DNA of 64,000 nt, from contig CAYOPZ010000015.1 of NCBI GenBank assembly GCA_964406005.1, forward strand, positions 1,170-65,169, given 5' to 3'. The translations under genes were made by a program, and so were the position numbers. How positions within the stretch are numbered: the first letter of the stretch is position 1; each line of letters begins with the position of its first letter. Shown one piece after another: positions 60,104 to 64,000 of this stretch. The notes under the pieces are model-generated. The model was not told the DNA's origin, ran no database searches, and was given only the letters and a program-made list of their open reading frames with translations. The DNA is from an uncultured Bacteroidaceae bacterium (GTDB taxonomy: Bacteria > Bacteroidota > Bacteroidia > Bacteroidales > SM23-62).

Positions 60104-61360
60104 ATGCTGCTGTTAACGTCACAAATCATCACCATACTGATCAGTGTTGCCGTATTTCTGTTTGTAATCACATTGCTGGTGATCATACTGCTCTATGCCA
60201 GGGCGAAACTGACCCCGCAGGGAGAGGTCACGCTTCATATAAACGACAGGGACTTGCAGGTTTCTCCGGGCAGTACCCTGCTGTCCACACTGAGCACGCA
60301 GAATATTTTTCTTCCTTCGGCATGCGGGGGAGGCGGGACCTGCGGGATGTGCAAGGCCCAGGTCCTGGAAGGCGGAGGCACCATACTGCCTACGGAAACG
60401 GGTTTTTTTACCCGAAAGGAACAGCAGGCCAACTGGCGTCTCGGATGCCAGTTGAAGGTTCGCAATGACATGAAAATCAGGGTACCGGAAGCGGTTCTGG
60501 GAATCAAGAAGTGGGAATGCGAAGTGGTTTCGAACCGGAATGTCGCCACATTCATCAAGGAATTCGTAGTGAAACTTCCCGAAGGAGAAAGTCTCGATTT
60601 CCTGTCAGGCGGCTATATACAGATAGATGTCCCGAAAATCGAAGTGGATTTCTCCAAAGACATTGACGTTGAGGAGCAGTTCAGGGACGAATGGGATTTG
60701 TACAATCTCTGGGGACTGAAAATGAAGAATACGGAGGAAACCTACCGTGCGTATTCCATGGCCAACCATCCTGCGGAGGGCAATATCATCATGCTGAACA
60801 TCCGGATCGCAACCCCTCCCTGGGATAAATCCAGGGGCGCTTTCATGAAAGTGAACCCCGGGGTCTGCTCATCCTATATCTTTTCCAGGAAACCCGGAGA
60901 CAAGGTCTTTGTTTCAGGGCCATACGGTGAATTCCATATCAAGGATACGGACCGGGACATGGTCTATATCGGAGGAGGAGCGGGAATGGCCCCGCTCAGG
61001 TCACATATTTTTCATCTTTTCCATACCCTCGGCACGAAGAGGAACGTGACCTACTGGTACGGGGCAAGGTCAAGAAGGGAGATCTTTTATGAAGAGGAGT
61101 TCAGGGCCATTGAGAAGAAATACCCGAATTTCAAATTTCACATAGCCCTGTCGGAGGCCAAGGAAGAAGATCACTGGACCGGTCTGACCGGCTTCATTCA
61201 CCAGGTATTGTACGATGAATACCTGAGCAAGGTCGAGGAACCGGAAGAACTCGAATACTACCTTTGCGGCCCCCCCATGATGAACGAGGCTGTCCAGAAA
61301 ATGCTGTACAACCTCGGAGTACCCGATGAAATGGTGGATTTTGATGACTTCGGAGGATAA
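60104..61360 (+). CDS. nqrF: NQR subunit F
   Basis: CGGGGTCGMC 2Fe-2S, RAYSMAN, GGGAGMAP, CGPP, DDFGG. Confidence 0.95.
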   Translation: MLLLTSQIITILISVAVFLFVITLLVIILLYARAKLTPQGEVTLHINDRDLQVSPGSTLLSTLSTQNIFLPSACGGGGTCGMCKAQVLEGGGTILPTETGFFTRKEQQANWRLGCQLKVRNDMKIRVPEAVLGIKKWECEVVSNRNVATFIKEFVVKLPEGESLDFLSGGYIQIDVPKIEVDFSKDIDVEEQFRDEWDLYNLWGLKMKNTEETYRAYSMANHPAEGNIIMLNIRIATPPWDKSRGAFMKVNPGVCSSYIFSRKPGDKVFVSGPYGEFHIKDTDRDMVYIGGGAGMAPLRSHIFHLFHTLGTKRNVTYWYGARSRREIFYEEEFRAIEKKYPNFKFHIALSEAKEEDHWTGLTGFIHQVLYDEYLSKVEEPEELEYYLCGPPMMNEAVQKMLYNLGVPDEMVDFDDFGG

Positions 61361-61363
61361 AGG

Positions 61364-62386
61364 GTGCGATGCTTCCTCACACTGCTGACTTTGTTGCCCG
61401 TATTGCTTTTGCATTCCTGTTCGGGTACGGGACAGGAAGGTGCCTGGATAAAAATTTCGGGCCGGACGCAGGGTACAACCTACAGCCTTACCTATCTGGA
61501 TCCCGACAGTACGGATTACAGGAATGAAATCGAGGAGATTTTACATGAATTTGACCTTTCCCTGTCGACCTACATCCCTGAATCCGTTATTTCGAGGATC
61601 AACCGGGGAGATGAAGACATCGTGCCGGACTCCACGTTCATAAAGTGTTTTAATGTCGCCAGGGAGGTCTATGAGGAAAGCGGCGGCGCATTCGACATCA
61701 CCGTGGCACCCCTTGTGAATGCCTGGGGATTCGGGTTCACCGAAAGGGCGGATGTCGATAGCGCCATGATCGACAGTCTTTTGCAGTATGTGGGAATGGA
61801 CAGGGTATGGCTCAGGGACGGTCGCCTGCGGAAGGAACGGGACGGGGTCATGCTCGATATGAATGCCATTGCCCAGGGTTTTGCCGTAGACGTTCTATCC
61901 GGTTTTCTCGATTCGCAGGGGATTGCAAATTACCTTGTCGAGATAGGGGGGGAGTTGAGGACCCTTGGCAGGAACCCGGAGGGAGTCAAATGGAGGGTAG
62001 GTATAGACAAACCCATTGAAGGGTTGCAGATTTCGGGCATTGAAATGGAGGCCGTGGTCAGGCTGTCCGGAAAATCCCTTGCCACCTCCGGAAATTACCG
62101 CAGTTTTTACGAGCTGGATGGCGTAAAGTATTCACACACCATAGATCCGGCAACAGGGTACCCCGTTCACCACGGGCTTCTGAGTGCTTCGGTACTGTGC
62201 GCTGATTGCATGCACGCAGATGCTTATGCCACGACCCTTATGGTTATGGGGACGGAGAAAAGCAAGGCATTCCTCAAGGGCCGGACCGATCTTGACGCTT
62301 TTCTGATTTACAACAATGAGCAAGGGGAGTACCTTGTATGGTATACACCGGGTATGGAGAAAATCCTGGAAAGAAGGAATCCCTGA
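61364..62386 (+). CDS. apbE: FAD:protein FMN transferase (lipoprotein)
   Basis: Lipobox LHSC, TQGTTY, FDITV, AIAQG, ATSGNY, SHTIDP, ADAYAT. Confidence 0.92.
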   Translation: MRCFLTLLTLLPVLLLHSCSGTGQEGAWIKISGRTQGTTYSLTYLDPDSTDYRNEIEEILHEFDLSLSTYIPESVISRINRGDEDIVPDSTFIKCFNVAREVYEESGGAFDITVAPLVNAWGFGFTERADVDSAMIDSLLQYVGMDRVWLRDGRLRKERDGVMLDMNAIAQGFAVDVLSGFLDSQGIANYLVEIGGELRTLGRNPEGVKWRVGIDKPIEGLQISGIEMEAVVRLSGKSLATSGNYRSFYELDGVKYSHTIDPATGYPVHHGLLSASVLCADCMHADAYATTLMVMGTEKSKAFLKGRTDLDAFLIYNNEQGEYLVWYTPGMEKILERRNP

Positions 62387-62392
62387 CAGGGG

Positions 62393-62602
62393 TCAGCAAC
62401 AGCAGCTGCCTTCACCGGAATCCCTGTAACACCGGATCTCATCATGTTTGACGCAGGAAATGCCGAGTTTATGCATTTCACTGTTCTTACCGATGGAAGT
62501 CTGGGGGAAATGGCCCTTTTTTACAAACAGGATCCTGCAGGCCAACCCGATAAAGGCAAATCCGACAAGCACCGATGATATGACAAGTAACTTCAGAAAC
62601 AC
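62393..62602 (-). CDS. Small single-TM Cys-rich protein
   Basis: GTG start, one TM, KKGHFP..G.N..M...GISC, C-terminal CCC. Confidence 0.65.
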   Translation of the reverse strand: MFLKLLVISSVLVGFAFIGLACRILFVKKGHFPQTSIGKNSEMHKLGISCVKHDEIRCYRDSGEGSCCC

Positions 62603-62722
62603 GGTGTAAAATTAATAAAAATATCCGGTATCCGTTATTCCGGGTTTACACGGACAGGTTTGGCCGGAAAACTTATTTAGAATAATTCTTAACTTTAACC
62701 CGTCTCTGAAAAGTACTTTTCA

Positions 62723-64000
62723 ATGGATGAAAAATTAGCGCCTGAGAAGAAGATTTCCTTCCGGGAATTCAGCAATGAGGTGCTGAAAGATTACAAGCTG
62801 GCACACATCAGCAGGCATTGCAGTGTACTGGCAAGAAAGGAAGTGCTGACAGGCAAGGCGAAATTCGGGATCTTCGGGGATGGAAAAGAAGTGGCCCAGA
62901 TCGCCATGGCGAAGAATTTCAGGGATGGCGACTGGCGGTCGGGGTATTACCGTGACCAGACCTTTTTGATGGCGGCCGGAATCGTGACTCCGGAAGGATT
63001 CTTTGCACAGGTCTACGGCGACACTGACCATAAGTACAATCCGGGAAATGCTGGGAGAAATTTCAACAATCATTTTGCCACTCCCAACATCGATGATAAA
63101 GGCGAATGGATGAATCTTGCAAAGCAGAAGAATTCGGCTGCGGACCTTTCCCCGGTCGCTGCCCAGATGCCCCGCCTGATAGGGCTTGCATACGCATCCA
63201 GGCTGTTCCGGCAGAATCCGGATCTGGCGGGATATAAAAAATATTCTGACAATGGAAATGAAGTCGCCTTCGGAATGATCGGGGATGCGAGTACCTCAGA
63301 AGGACATTTTTTCGAAACCATGAATGCTGCCGGGGTCTTGCAGATCCCGATGGCTGTTGCGGTCTGGGATGACGGATACGGGATTTCCGTGCCCCGTGAA
63401 TACCAGACCGTGAAACAAAGCATTTCTGTGGTCATGAAGGGCTTTGAAGCAGGCGAGGGGGAAAAGGGAATCCTGATCTACAGGGCCCGGGGCTGGGATT
63501 ACCGGGAGCTGTGCGAGGTTTTCATGGAAGGGATCCGGAGGTGTAGAACGGACCACATACCCGTGCTGTTTCACATTGATGAAATGACACAGCCCCTCGG
63601 TCATTCCACTTCCGGGTCACATGAACGTTACAAATCCAAGGAAAGGCTCACCTGGGAGAAGGAATTCGATCCGTTGAAAAAGATGAGGGAATGGATCCTT
63701 GCATCGGGCATTTCCACGGGTGACAACCTGGATAAGATTGAGCAGCAGGCCATCCAGGAGGTAAAGGATGCAAGGGATGCTGCCTGGCAGCACTATACCG
63801 CTGCCATCAGAAAGGAGAGGGATGAATTACTGGCTGTTCTGGATAATAAAGGCTGCAAATGCGCTACGGATAAGATAGACAAGATTGCCATACTGAGGAA
63901 AAATCTGAGGCAGGTCCGCAATCCCATACGCAAGGACAATTTTTCCACTGCAAAAAAAATGTTGAGGTATGTTTGCCTGGACTGCCCGAACAGGCATGAA
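62723..64000 (+). CDS. TPP-dependent 2-oxoacid dehydrogenase E1 (probable alpha/beta fusion), truncated by window end
   Basis: Not in ORF track; manual translation MDEKLAPEKK..GKAKFGIFGDGKE..SGYYRDQT..GDASTSEG..GHSTSGSHERYK. Confidence 0.85.
   Translation, partial: MDEKLAPEKKISFREFSNEVLKDYKLAHISRHCSVLARKEVLTGKAKFGIFGDGKEVAQIAMAKNFRDGDWRSGYYRDQTFLMAAGIVTPEGFFAQVYGDTDHKYNPGNAGRNFNNHFATPNIDDKGEWMNLAKQKNSAADLSPVAAQMPRLIGLAYASRLFRQNPDLAGYKKYSDNGNEVAFGMIGDASTSEGHFFETMNAAGVLQIPMAVAVWDDGYGISVPREYQTVKQSISVVMKGFEAGEGEKGILIYRARGWDYRELCEVFMEGIRRCRTDHIPVLFHIDEMTQPLGHSTSGSHERYKSKERLTWEKEFDPLKKMREWILASGISTGDNLDKIEQQAIQEVKDARDAAWQHYTAAIRKERDELLAVLDNKGCKCATDKIDKIAILRKNLRQVRNPIRKDNFSTAKKMLRYVCLDCPNRHE

Noticed and set aside
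1..64000. rRNA, tRNA, transposase, prophage, defence systems
   Set aside because: None recognised; the window is almost fully tiled by recognisable CDSs

Overview
64-kb chromosomal window from a Bacteroidota bacterium, most likely an environmental Bacteroidales (TAnnTTTG -7 promoters; porG-uppS-bamA-ompH-ompH-murI and nqrA-F-apbE clusters; T9SS genes). It is mostly housekeeping: lnt, two Mn/Fe SODs, P5C dehydrogenase, rprXY, pth-rplY-prs, pdxJ, NAD kinase, korAB, gdh, thrABC, fabD, folE/queD, Na+-NQR, and a truncated 2-oxoacid dehydrogenase E1. I found no rRNA, tRNA, CRISPR array, prophage or transposase. Main candidates: (1) an ECF sigma factor coupled to an anti-sigma-like membrane protein ending in PKD domains and a T9SS type-B C-terminal domain, followed by a PorP/SprF gene, which could be a secretion-coupled trans-envelope signalling system; (2) a receiver-domain/ATP-grasp/phospho-His 'dikinase' lacking a pyruvate-binding domain, between korAB and gdh; (3) a dispersed structured hairpin repeat (4 copies); (4) a promoter motif shared by two ECF operons; (5) Fur/PerR-like palindromes at both SOD genes, one SOD carrying a Tat-like signal. 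All family calls come from motif recognition; no database search was run. Several start codons were moved from the ORF track.
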